Positions 16,437-25,510 of a DNA stretch of 33,824 bases are shown in pieces. Source of the stretch: a bacterium (GTDB taxonomy: Bacteria; UBP15; UBA6099; JAJRTR01); assembly GCA_024278215.1 (NCBI GenBank), contig JAJRTR010000163.1, positions 1 to 33,824 on the forward strand, written 5' to 3'. Under the pieces are notes generated by a model. That model saw nothing but the letters and a program-made list of their open reading frames with translations, did not search any database and was not told the DNA's origin. Numbering within the stretch: the stretch's first letter is position 1; each line of letters starts with the position of its first letter. A program made the position numbers and the translations under genes.

Positions 16437-18054
16437 TATATGTCGGATTGGTACGCACTTTGTAGCTGCTGTTTGTTACAAGCGAAGCGAGTTGTTTCCA
16501 TGATTGTGGCCGCAGTATGTTCCCGGCATAAAAACGAGCGATTTCAACAAGCAGAGCCAGTCGGTTGACGGACACGCCGATATCGAATGTATCATACATG
16601 GGGCCGGGCAGCAAATGTTCCCGGAGTGTTCCATCATTATTGTACAATCCTGCTTCAGCCTTTTCCAGAAAGGATATATAGTTTCTGTAGGTCGCCCTGA
16701 TAGGATAATACTGATAAAAAGTGTTTCTGTTAAGGCTGTAGAACTTTCTGAGCACCGTTTCCATTTCCCTCTGCAACACGCTGGGGCGCATTTTTGCCGG
16801 GTAATGAACAACGAAATTTCCAGTATAGAAACGCCAGTCGCGATGGATGAACCTGTCGTCGGGCAAGACCTGCGGGTAGCCGAGGACTTTCCCCCTCGTC
16901 GGGAAATCGAAAAGGCTGCTGAAGCCCCAGTTGTAAACTTTGTGTTTCAGGACGAAAGCGAGGCTACGGCGCAGTGTCTTCTCCTCGACATTGTCCGAAC
17001 CGAAAATAAAAAGCGGTTGAATTTTTACATTGTATCTGCTGAATTCTTCGAGACAATATTCGATGTCGTGTATAGTTTGTTTTTTATTGAAATCTTCGAG
17101 CGTCTCAGGGGCTATAGATTCTATACCCACGCCTATACATGCTCTGCCTGCACGCTCGATAAGCCCCATCAGTTCTTGGTCGAGCGCGGTGGCGGCGCGA
17201 GTGAAAAAAAACATGTCTATGTCGCCGTGAAAACGTTGCTCGATGAGACTGAAAAGCTTGAGAGCATGCTTTCTGTTGACGGCGACATCGTTGTCTGCGA
17301 AAAAAACATAACGAGTTTTGAGCCTGTCCAGCGCAAGTTCGATTTCCCTGAGGACAAGTGCAGGTGATTTCGTGCGGTATCTCCGGCCAAGTTCTTGTTT
17401 GACAAAGCAGAATCTGCACTCGAACGGGCAGCCGCGGGATGTTTGCGCCACGGCGAAGTTAAAACGCAGAACGCCGTTTTTTAAAGTATCTCCGAAATAG
17501 GAAGTGAGGGTTCTCGGGGAATAACCTTCGATGAGCCCGGGATCAGCCACAATATCCAGGCTTTTGATAAAATCCGCCGGTGGGTTATGGACCGGTGTGC
17601 CGTCAGTGCCGATATACGATATGCCTTTCACTTCGGAAACATCGCCGCCGTTTTCAATCGCTTCAAGCAATTCGACAATTATCGCTTCGCCCTCATTTCT
17701 CACAACGTAGTCGAAGTGATCGAGACATTCTTCAGGCAGTACACTCGCATGCGCTCCGCCGACGATAATCGGTATTTCCGGGTTCATGCGCCTGATACGC
17801 GCCACGAACTCATAGCCCCTGCGCGATGAAAAGGACATGAGTGAGAAACATATAACATCCGATTCGGCAACCCGGCGCCAGTCCACCTTGCTACCGGAAG
17901 CTTCGCAATATGCTTTTACTTCATATCCGACATTTCGCAGTGTTGTGGCGATGGAAAGAAAACCGTAACATGGAAGATAGGCCCGATATGAGGCGACCTG
18001 TAATGGTATGCGCTTTTCGTATGGGCTTATCATGGTGATTTTATTAATGAACAA
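16399..18054 (-). CDS. B12-binding-domain radical SAM protein (paralog A1)
   Basis: IIVGGAHAS, TSRGCPFECRFC, GIES. Colinear with 14844-16436 over the whole length. TTG start. Confidence 0.9.
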   Translation of the reverse strand: MFINKITMISPYEKRIPLQVASYRAYLPCYGFLSIATTLRNVGYEVKAYCEASGSKVDWRRVAESDVICFSLMSFSSRRGYEFVARIRRMNPEIPIIVGGAHASVLPEECLDHFDYVVRNEGEAIIVELLEAIENGGDVSEVKGISYIGTDGTPVHNPPADFIKSLDIVADPGLIEGYSPRTLTSYFGDTLKNGVLRFNFAVAQTSRGCPFECRFCFVKQELGRRYRTKSPALVLREIELALDRLKTRYVFFADNDVAVNRKHALKLFSLIEQRFHGDIDMFFFTRAATALDQELMGLIERAGRACIGVGIESIAPETLEDFNKKQTIHDIEYCLEEFSRYNVKIQPLFIFGSDNVEEKTLRRSLAFVLKHKVYNWGFSSLFDFPTRGKVLGYPQVLPDDRFIHRDWRFYTGNFVVHYPAKMRPSVLQREMETVLRKFYSLNRNTFYQYYPIRATYRNYISFLEKAEAGLYNNDGTLREHLLPGPMYDTFDIGVSVNRLALLVEIARFYAGNILRPQSWKQLASLVTNSSYKVRTNPTYNGNTQNHNYMPL

Positions 18055-18105
18055 AAGATACCCGGAACCTTTCGTTATTTTTCAGTTCGCACAATATGCA
18101 AACGG

Positions 18106-19125
18106 TCATATAATAATGTTCTCAAATGCTTCTTTCCAGCATATTTTTGAAAGCGGTGCGTCGAGCAGGTCGGCCAGCACGTGTTCGTCGTGCCTGTAGC
18201 AGCCTTTGCAGCCCGACAGTATCGTTCGATATTCGCTGCGGTTGTGCTCCATGAGGTCCGAAGCGCGGCGCACTGTTCGCAGTTCGCTGGGGTAGAAGCA
18301 GCACAGCGAGAAGACGCCTGCGGGTGAGATTACTATGTGCGCGGCGGATTCCGCTATGCAGCCTGCGTCGCTGCCTCCGCAAAGATAAGCGACCATGCCG
18401 GTCAGGAAACTTTCAGGGCCGACGACAAATCGCGGATGTTTCCTTTTCATATCGAGAAGTGCGGGCAGTCCGGCTGCGGCCTCTTCTGCACCCGGCTGTA
18501 GCTCCGGCAGATAGTTTAATTGGAACTTGACGCCGTCGACGCCGATGCTTTTCATCTCTTCGACGAATTGGGGCAACGTATCCATATTGTGGCGGTTGAC
18601 GACACACGCAATGATCACGGGGATACGTTTTCTTTTCTCAAGCAGCCGGCCGACACCTGCGACGGCTTTCGCGTAGCTGCCTTCGCCCCTGATTATATCG
18701 TTCGCTCTTTCGGTGCCGTCGATGGAGACCACACACCTGTGGAACCCCGTTTCGATGTCCGCGATGTTGTCGTAATCCAGCAGGGTGCCGTTCGTTATCA
18801 GGATCGTGAACATGCCGCCCGCACGTGAGGCGGCGGACAGGTCGAAAAGGTCCTCGCGCAGCAGGGGCTCTCCACCTGCAATAATGAGCATCGGTGTGCG
18901 AATGCGCGCGAATCCACGGATGAGTTCCAGCGCGTCGGCCGTTCCGAGTTCATCGTCGCTCCCGCGCCGGTCGACGCCTCTGAACATCCTGTCGAACGAA
19001 CACCCCGCACAATGCAGATTGCAACTCGACGTCACCAGGTAGCTGCAAGCGACAGGCAGCATTCTGCCGGTCCTGTGTTCGACGAGCTTCAATAAAAATC
19101 TGGCGGCTGTTTTCAAAGGAAGCAT
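18106..19125 (-). CDS. Radical SAM protein with C-terminal twitch/SPASM-like Cys cluster
   Basis: TSSCNLHCAGC, GGEPLLREDL, ITNGTL, VSIDG. C-terminal C...I.P.G....CC...CKGC. ATG 19125 preferred over GTG 19224 because a minus-strand -10 box lies at 19195-19200. Confidence 0.85.
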   Translation of the reverse strand: MLPLKTAARFLLKLVEHRTGRMLPVACSYLVTSSCNLHCAGCSFDRMFRGVDRRGSDDELGTADALELIRGFARIRTPMLIIAGGEPLLREDLFDLSAASRAGGMFTILITNGTLLDYDNIADIETGFHRCVVSIDGTERANDIIRGEGSYAKAVAGVGRLLEKRKRIPVIIACVVNRHNMDTLPQFVEEMKSIGVDGVKFQLNYLPELQPGAEEAAAGLPALLDMKRKHPRFVVGPESFLTGMVAYLCGGSDAGCIAESAAHIVISPAGVFSLCCFYPSELRTVRRASDLMEHNRSEYRTILSGCKGCYRHDEHVLADLLDAPLSKICWKEAFENIII

Positions 19126-19194
19126 TTCTATGCGCCCGGCTCCGGATACGACATTATCATCGGCGCTTCCGCGCCAATCGGATACTACATGTGA

Positions 19195-19359
19195 ATTATA
19201 GCGATATTCACCGAACTTGTGCATTTGCGAACATCAAACAGTAAAACCATACTGTTTGTATCGTGTATTAGCGAGGCCGGCGCACCGGTGTTGTCCCTTT
19301 TCGTTTCATGCCGCGCCGCTGCCGCGAAATTACAATATGCGCAACATATCAGTTATAAT
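19195..19359. promoter_or_regulatory. Divergent sigma70-type promoter pair for the two radical-SAM arms
   Basis: Minus strand: TGCACA (19218-19223), 17 nt, TATAAT (19195-19200). Plus strand: TTACAA (19330-19335), 18 nt, TATAAT (19354-19359). Confidence 0.55.
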
Positions 19360-19365
19360 TGTATT

Positions 19366-20781
19366 ATGAGTTCTCCGGATATGCTGCTTGTCGTGCCGCC
19401 GTTTGATTTCTCTGTAATCAATTCGGCAACGGAGCGCAGTTCGAAGCAGGCGGGCTACTACTTGTATTACCCACCGGCCGGACTGTGTTCCATCGCGGCT
19501 GTGCTCGAAGGCGCCGGTTTCGGCGTCGAGATAATCGACGGGCAGGTGGACGCAGGTACGGAAGGCCGTTTTATAGACATGATAGTCGCGGCGCGGCCCT
19601 CGATTATAGGGATCGGGGTGACGACGCCCGCGCTGCCGGTCGTCCGCCGGGTGATCGGCGCGATAAAAAGCCGCCTGGATGTACCGATAGTTGCGGGCGG
19701 GCCACACGTTTCGTGCGATCCGGAGATCGTTGCGCCGCTGGGTGCTGATTATGGTGTCGCGGGCGACGGCGAATATGCGATGAGGGCAATCGCCGAATCG
19801 CTGTTGCGCGGCCTGCCACTCGCGGCGGGTGAGCCCGGTGTTGTTGTGCCCGGTGCTGATTTCACGGGGGGGCCCGCGCTCGTCGATCTCCATTCGCTGC
19901 CGTTTCCTGCGCGCCATAAACTGAAAAACCCCGACGCTTATTTCAATCCCTTTGTCGGATCGCGCACGACGACGCTGCTTACCGCGCGGGGCTGCCCGTT
20001 CCACTGTTCTTTCTGCTCGCGCAATGCCTCGATGGGCGCGTACAGGCCGCTGGAACCCGGGCGCGCGCTCGAAGAGATGGAGCTTGTCGACAGTGAGGGC
20101 TATGGATTCGTTTCTATTCTGGATGAAACATTCACCTTCGAGCGCGACCGGGTGATGGAACTGGCGCGTGAGATGACGAAAAGAGACATAAAATTCCTGT
20201 GGTCGTGCCAGACACGCGCCGACCTCGTCGACGAAGAACTGATGAGAACGTTGCGGGCAGCGGGTTGCATAAATATTTCTTTCGGTGTCGAGGCGGGCGA
20301 CCCGGATGTGCGTGACAGTCTGGATAAGAGGATCAACGACGATGCCTACGACAGAGCCTTCCGCGCCTGCCGTGCAGCTGGTGTCAGCATAAACGCATTT
20401 GTAATCATCGGCAGCCCCGACGAAACGAGGGCGCAGGTCGAGCGGAGCATCGAGCGGGTGATCGAACTCGAACCCGACTACGCTGTCTATAATGTCGGCA
20501 CCCTGTTTCCCGGCACAAAAGAATATGACGCAAGGGTGGAGCGCGGGGAGTGCGAACGCGGGATATGGAACGCTTACATGCGTGGCGGGGAGCCGCTTCG
20601 CGTGCTGTCGCGCACGATGGGCCGTGCCGAGCTGGCGGCGCTGTTGCGGCACGGCTACACGCGATTCTACATGAGACCCGCGTATATGCTGAGGAGATTG
20701 TTGAGGATAAGGTCTCTGCTCGACATCTCCGTGCTTTTTCGTCAGGCACGCACGGTGATTTCCGATTATGTCGTGTCATGA
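19366..20781 (+). CDS. B12-binding-domain radical SAM protein (class B methyltransferase-like)
   Basis: LLVVPP, YPPAGL..IAA, AGGPHVS, TARGCPFHCSFC, LDETFT, WSCQTRAD, FGVEAG, FPGT, FYMRP. Confidence 0.9.
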   Translation: MSSPDMLLVVPPFDFSVINSATERSSKQAGYYLYYPPAGLCSIAAVLEGAGFGVEIIDGQVDAGTEGRFIDMIVAARPSIIGIGVTTPALPVVRRVIGAIKSRLDVPIVAGGPHVSCDPEIVAPLGADYGVAGDGEYAMRAIAESLLRGLPLAAGEPGVVVPGADFTGGPALVDLHSLPFPARHKLKNPDAYFNPFVGSRTTTLLTARGCPFHCSFCSRNASMGAYRPLEPGRALEEMELVDSEGYGFVSILDETFTFERDRVMELAREMTKRDIKFLWSCQTRADLVDEELMRTLRAAGCINISFGVEAGDPDVRDSLDKRINDDAYDRAFRACRAAGVSINAFVIIGSPDETRAQVERSIERVIELEPDYAVYNVGTLFPGTKEYDARVERGECERGIWNAYMRGGEPLRVLSRTMGRAELAALLRHGYTRFYMRPAYMLRRLLRIRSLLDISVLFRQARTVISDYVVS

Positions 20782-20844
20782 ACAGAAAATGGTACAAAGT
20801 GCGAAAAATTATTATTTGCAGCGAACGAAAGAGATACTTCTGAA

Positions 20845-22776
20845 TTGACACCACGGGAAAACACACAACGATACGGAATCGGAAGACGCAACAGTGTTAT
20901 CGCGGCGCTTGTGTTTCTGGTGGCGGCGTGTGTGTACATGTGGGGCGCTGCTCCCGATGTTGGATGGGGCGACGGCGCGGACTTTGTGCTCACCGCCCAT
21001 TATCTCGGTGTGCCGCATCCGACAGGGTATCCGCTTATCGCATTACTGGGCAAGCTTGCGGAATATATCCCGGTCGGCACGCTCGCGTTTCGTGTCGGCC
21101 TGATGAGCGTTTTCGCGGGCGCGGCAGCGGCATCCCTGTTTTTTATGCTCGCCGCGTCACTTTCGCGACAGACCGGCGGCGGCACGATATTTCCCCTTTA
21201 CGCCACTGTCGTAATGATCCTTTCGTCTTTCCTTCTCGATCAGGCGATTACTATCGAGGTCTACACGATAAACCTGTTTTTCTGCCTGTGTATTCTCGCG
21301 CTTTCCGGACCGCTGACAGGCGGCGGATCACTGCGCACACTGATGATGCTCGTGATTGTCGCGTGCATCGGGCTGGGCAATCACGGCACCCTCATTTTTC
21401 CAGCGGTGCTGCTCGGCTTCATCGGGCTGTTTGCGTTAAGGCGCGGCAGAATTGTTGCGGTCGCGACTGCCTCTTTCCTTGTTCTGACAGGGTTCACACT
21501 GTATTTGTGCCTGCCGTTGTTCTCGGCGCGCACAGATATATTCGACTGGAATTCACCAGCGAACCCCGCGAACCTGCCGACGCTTTTGAGCGGATACGAC
21601 TTCTGGGTTGTCGGCGAATACAGGACGGCGCTGATGTGGCTGAACACGAAGCTGCTGGCGGGCTCGATAGCGCGACAAACGTGGCCGCTGCTGATGGCAG
21701 GCGCGCTGTTTTTCGCTTTCGCGAAAAGCGTCGCGCGCGGTGCGAAGTGGACGCTTGCAGGTGTATTCGCGCTGTCCGCTTTTTTCCCGGTTTTGTATCC
21801 GACGCACGAGAAGGAAGCGTTTTTTCTCATTGCATACGCGGTGTTCCTGCTTGCGGCGGCTGTCGGGGGCGCGGCGGCACTGGGCGTGGTGAAGCGCAGG
21901 CATGGCGGGGCGGGCCGCGCGGGCTCTATAACTGCGTTTGTGGTGATTATTGCGCTTGCGCATGTTTATGTTTTGAGCGCGAATCTTACAACCGGAAAAG
22001 CGTCGGCAAACAGGACCGACACGACGCCGGAAACCTACTCGAAGCTCATATTTAAAAGCGCGCGGCGCGACGCGCTCATTTTCGTCGACCACGTCGCCGA
22101 CGACGCGATAGCGCCGCCTCTGTATTTCCAGTTCGAGGGCGGCGCGCGGCGCGACACATTCATTTTCTACCGCCTGTATCTGGCTTTTCCGTGGTGGCGG
22201 GCGAACATGAGAGCACGCGCCGCGCAACTGGGCGACGGTGTCATTATTCCGGAAATAGATTTCGATGCGGAGAAGTTGAAAAATTATAAGATTTCGGTCG
22301 AAGAATATGAGCGGCTGCATGAGGGGAAGACGCTGAATACGGTCAGCATAGATATACAGACAAAGAAAATATATGAGGCGAATGTGAGGCGGCGACCGGT
22401 GTATATCAATACCCCGGCGCGTTTCCGCCGCTCGGTGATCAGCGAGGACGTGCCGATTCTGCTCGATGGTTTCCTGTTCAGGCTGGGGGGCTCGAAGGCG
22501 CGGGGTGAGTTTGACAGGCCGGTGCCGGCGCACGGTGTTTTTGACTCGGTAATATTCGATTATTTCACGGAGCGGGCGTACAATTATTACAGCAGGGACG
22601 ATACGAAGGGCTTTGCCGCCGCTCTCGAGGACGCACTGAAATATGAAGATAAGTGCTGGGTTTTCGGAGAACTCGCCGGTGCGTACAGGCAGCTTGGAGA
22701 AAGGGAGAAGTCGGAACGATTCCTGGACAGATATGAGGGATGCGGAGCGCGTGACATATTAAATGATATTTATTAA
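20845..22776 (+). CDS. DUF2723 (TMEM260-like, GT-C fold) membrane protein
   Basis: WGDGADF...A..LGVPHPTGYPL after TM1, EVY, GLGNH, and about 10-11 hydrophobic segments. Soluble C-terminal domain ends in a TPR-like helix pair. TTG start uncertain. Confidence 0.8.
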   Translation: MTPRENTQRYGIGRRNSVIAALVFLVAACVYMWGAAPDVGWGDGADFVLTAHYLGVPHPTGYPLIALLGKLAEYIPVGTLAFRVGLMSVFAGAAAASLFFMLAASLSRQTGGGTIFPLYATVVMILSSFLLDQAITIEVYTINLFFCLCILALSGPLTGGGSLRTLMMLVIVACIGLGNHGTLIFPAVLLGFIGLFALRRGRIVAVATASFLVLTGFTLYLCLPLFSARTDIFDWNSPANPANLPTLLSGYDFWVVGEYRTALMWLNTKLLAGSIARQTWPLLMAGALFFAFAKSVARGAKWTLAGVFALSAFFPVLYPTHEKEAFFLIAYAVFLLAAAVGGAAALGVVKRRHGGAGRAGSITAFVVIIALAHVYVLSANLTTGKASANRTDTTPETYSKLIFKSARRDALIFVDHVADDAIAPPLYFQFEGGARRDTFIFYRLYLAFPWWRANMRARAAQLGDGVIIPEIDFDAEKLKNYKISVEEYERLHEGKTLNTVSIDIQTKKIYEANVRRRPVYINTPARFRRSVISEDVPILLDGFLFRLGGSKARGEFDRPVPAHGVFDSVIFDYFTERAYNYYSRDDTKGFAAALEDALKYEDKCWVFGELAGAYRQLGEREKSERFLDRYEGCGARDILNDIY

Positions 22777-24136
22777 CCCTGATTGTTTTCACATATACAG
22801 ATTCCCGTCGATGGGCATGATGTACATCGCTTCGCATCTCGCGGCGCGGGGGCGGCGGGTGAAATATGTGGACCCGAATTTCGACCGCAACTGGTGCGAC
22901 ACACTCGACGCCGAGGTGGACAAACACGAGTGGGTGGGCATCACCGCGAATGTGCTGTCGATTATGCCGGCGATGGAAATGGTGAAATATGTCCGGGAGA
23001 AGTATCCGGAAAAGAAAATCATTATGGGAGGTCCATACCCGGCGATAAACCGTGAGGAAATACTTGACGAGTATGCGGACGCCGTCGCTTTCGGCGAAGC
23101 GGAAACGACATGCGCGGAACTGGAAGCCGGGACGGAATTGAAAGACATAAAAGGACTGGCCTGGCGCGACAACGGCGCGGCACATATCAACGAAGCGAGG
23201 CCGCTGCACGAGGACCTCGACGCGCTCGCGTTCCCCGACTGGTCGATGGGGCATGTCGACAGATATGTTATCGACCACTCGAAGCGAAACCCGGTGCTGC
23301 CGCTGCTCACGAGCCGCGGCTGTCCGTTCAACTGCATATTCTGCGCGTCGGATGTGACATTCGGCAACCGCATAAGATACCGCTCGATAGACAACGTGAC
23401 GGCGGAAGTCGAGGAGCTTGTCGGGAAGCACGGAGGGCGCGAGATACATATATGGGACGACAATTTCACACTGCGCCGAAAGCGCGTTATGGAGTTCTGC
23501 GAAGCGCTTATGAAATTGAAACTGCGAGGTATAAGTTTCAAAGTGCCCGCAGGGATCAAGCCGGATATCGGCGACTACGAGATGTTCCGCGCGATGAAGA
23601 GGGCCGGTTTCTATTCTGTTTGTGTGGCGGTGGAGACGGGTGACCAGGAGATAATGAAAAAACTCGGCAAAAAGGTCCGGGTGGACAAAGTTAAAGACGT
23701 CGTCGCCGCAGCGCGGCGCGCCGGGCTGCTGGTGAACGGCTTTTTTATGCTCGGCCTGCCGTTCGACACGGAAGAGACGATGCGGCGCAACATCGACCAC
23801 GCCTGTGCGCTGCCGCTGCACGAGGCGAACTTTTTTATTACGGTTCCTTTCCCCGGCACCGAGTTGTACGACATCGTGCGCGAGGAAGGGAAATTCCTTT
23901 TCCATAACGAACAGAATCTATACGAGGACGGCTACCTGCTGGGACGCGCGACGTGCGAGATGCCGGGTTTCGACGCTGAGACGGTCGAGCGAATGTTCAA
24001 GCTGGCAAACCGCCGCTTCTATTTCAGGCCGCTGGTGATCGTCGCGCTCATTTTTAAACGGATATATTCGCCGATGCACTTTTTCGTCATGGTTCGAAAT
24101 GCGTTTCGCATCTTGTTCAGGGGGCGTAAATTCTGA
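22763..24136 (+). CDS. B12-binding-domain radical SAM protein (paralog B1)
   Basis: MIFINP, PSMG..YIAS, MGGPYP, TSRGCPFNCIFC, WDDNF, AVETG, PFPGTEL, FYFRP. 457 aa; overlaps the upstream stop. Confidence 0.92.
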   Translation: MIFINPDCFHIYRFPSMGMMYIASHLAARGRRVKYVDPNFDRNWCDTLDAEVDKHEWVGITANVLSIMPAMEMVKYVREKYPEKKIIMGGPYPAINREEILDEYADAVAFGEAETTCAELEAGTELKDIKGLAWRDNGAAHINEARPLHEDLDALAFPDWSMGHVDRYVIDHSKRNPVLPLLTSRGCPFNCIFCASDVTFGNRIRYRSIDNVTAEVEELVGKHGGREIHIWDDNFTLRRKRVMEFCEALMKLKLRGISFKVPAGIKPDIGDYEMFRAMKRAGFYSVCVAVETGDQEIMKKLGKKVRVDKVKDVVAAARRAGLLVNGFFMLGLPFDTEETMRRNIDHACALPLHEANFFITVPFPGTELYDIVREEGKFLFHNEQNLYEDGYLLGRATCEMPGFDAETVERMFKLANRRFYFRPLVIVALIFKRIYSPMHFFVMVRNAFRILFRGRKF

Positions 24137-25510
24137 ATGATTTTCATCAACCCGGACTGCTTCCAGGGATACCGTTTCCCCTCTATCGGCCTGCTGTATA
24201 TGGCCGCCGCGCTCGAGCGGAACGGGATGCCTGTCGAGTATATCGACCCGAACTACGACCCCGCGTGGCGGCGGCGACTCGACGACGCCGCGCCACGCCA
24301 CGAGTGGATCGGGATTACTGCCAACATCCTTTCACTCAAGCCGGCGCTGGAGTTGTCGGCGCTGGTGCGCGCGGAATATCCCGGCAAAAAAATCATAATG
24401 GGAGGACCGTATCCGTCGATAAAGTATGCGGACCTGATACCGGAACACGCCGACGCGGTGGCTGTAGGCGAGTCGGAAGAAACAATAATCGATGTTGCGA
24501 ACGGGCGTCCGTCAGGTGAAATAAAAGGCGTCGCGTGGAGCGACGGCGGCACGGTTATTTTCAATGGGCGGCGCGACCTGATAAAAGATATAGACACGAT
24601 AGCGCCACCCGCGTGGCGCCTGGGCCATGTGAAGAAATACCGGCTCGAGCACACGAAGAGAAACCCGGTGCTTCCGCTGCTCACCAGCCGGGGATGCCCG
24701 TTCAAATGTATATTCTGCGCGTCGCGCGTAATATTCGAGTCGCGTATACGGTACCGTTCCATCGACAGAGTCATCGAGGAGTTCGACGAGCTCACAGTGG
24801 AGCACGGAGCGCGGGAAGTGCATATCTGGGACGACAACTTCACGCTGCGGCGCGACCGAGTGATGGAGTTCTGCGAGCGGCTGGCGACGCGCCGTAAGAG
24901 AGGCGTGAGCCTGATGATACCGTCGGGCATAAAGCCGGATATTGGCGATTACGAGATGTTCCGGGCGATGCGCCGGGCGGGTTTCTATTCTGTGTGCATC
25001 GCGGTGGAGTCTGGCGACCGAGAGATAATGAAGAGCCTTGGGAAGAAGGTGGACGTGGGAAAGGTGCGCGGAGTGATCTCCGCCGCGCGGCGCGCGGGGT
25101 TGTTGCTGAACGGTTTTTTCATGCTCGGGCTGCCTGATGATACTGAAGAAACGATGCGGCGCAATATCGAACATGCCTGTTCGCTGCCGCTGCACCAGGC
25201 GCTGTTTTTTGTGACGATACCGTTTCCGGGCACCGAACTTTACGATATTGTAAAAGAGAAGGGGAAATTGCTGTATGATAATGAGGTAGAGTTGTACGAA
25301 CGCGGCTACTTCCAGGGACGCGCGACGTGCGAGATGCCGGGCTTCGACGCCGGGACGCTCGAGAAGATGTACAGGCTGGCGAACCGCAGGTTCTATTTCA
25401 GGCCGGCGGTGCTGGCGGCGCTGTTCTTTAAGAAACTGCACAGTCCGCTGCAATTATTTTTCATGATGCGGAAGTGGTTCAGGGTAGTGATGAGAGGCAG
25501 ACAATTCTGA
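24137..25510 (+). CDS. B12-binding-domain radical SAM protein (paralog B2)
   Basis: Same motifs as B1 (TSRGCPFKCIFC). 457 aa; abuts B1 with no gap. Confidence 0.92.
   Translation: MIFINPDCFQGYRFPSIGLLYMAAALERNGMPVEYIDPNYDPAWRRRLDDAAPRHEWIGITANILSLKPALELSALVRAEYPGKKIIMGGPYPSIKYADLIPEHADAVAVGESEETIIDVANGRPSGEIKGVAWSDGGTVIFNGRRDLIKDIDTIAPPAWRLGHVKKYRLEHTKRNPVLPLLTSRGCPFKCIFCASRVIFESRIRYRSIDRVIEEFDELTVEHGAREVHIWDDNFTLRRDRVMEFCERLATRRKRGVSLMIPSGIKPDIGDYEMFRAMRRAGFYSVCIAVESGDREIMKSLGKKVDVGKVRGVISAARRAGLLLNGFFMLGLPDDTEETMRRNIEHACSLPLHQALFFVTIPFPGTELYDIVKEKGKLLYDNEVELYERGYFQGRATCEMPGFDAGTLEKMYRLANRRFYFRPAVLAALFFKKLHSPLQLFFMMRKWFRVVMRGRQF

Noticed and set aside
20779-20844. Selenocysteine/TGA readthrough fusing the B12-rSAM (19366) to DUF2723, which lie in the same frame separated by one TGA
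   Set aside because: The rSAM ends where its plus-strand paralogs end, the intervening 21 codons are AT-rich and spacer-like, and no SECIS-like hairpin follows the TGA.
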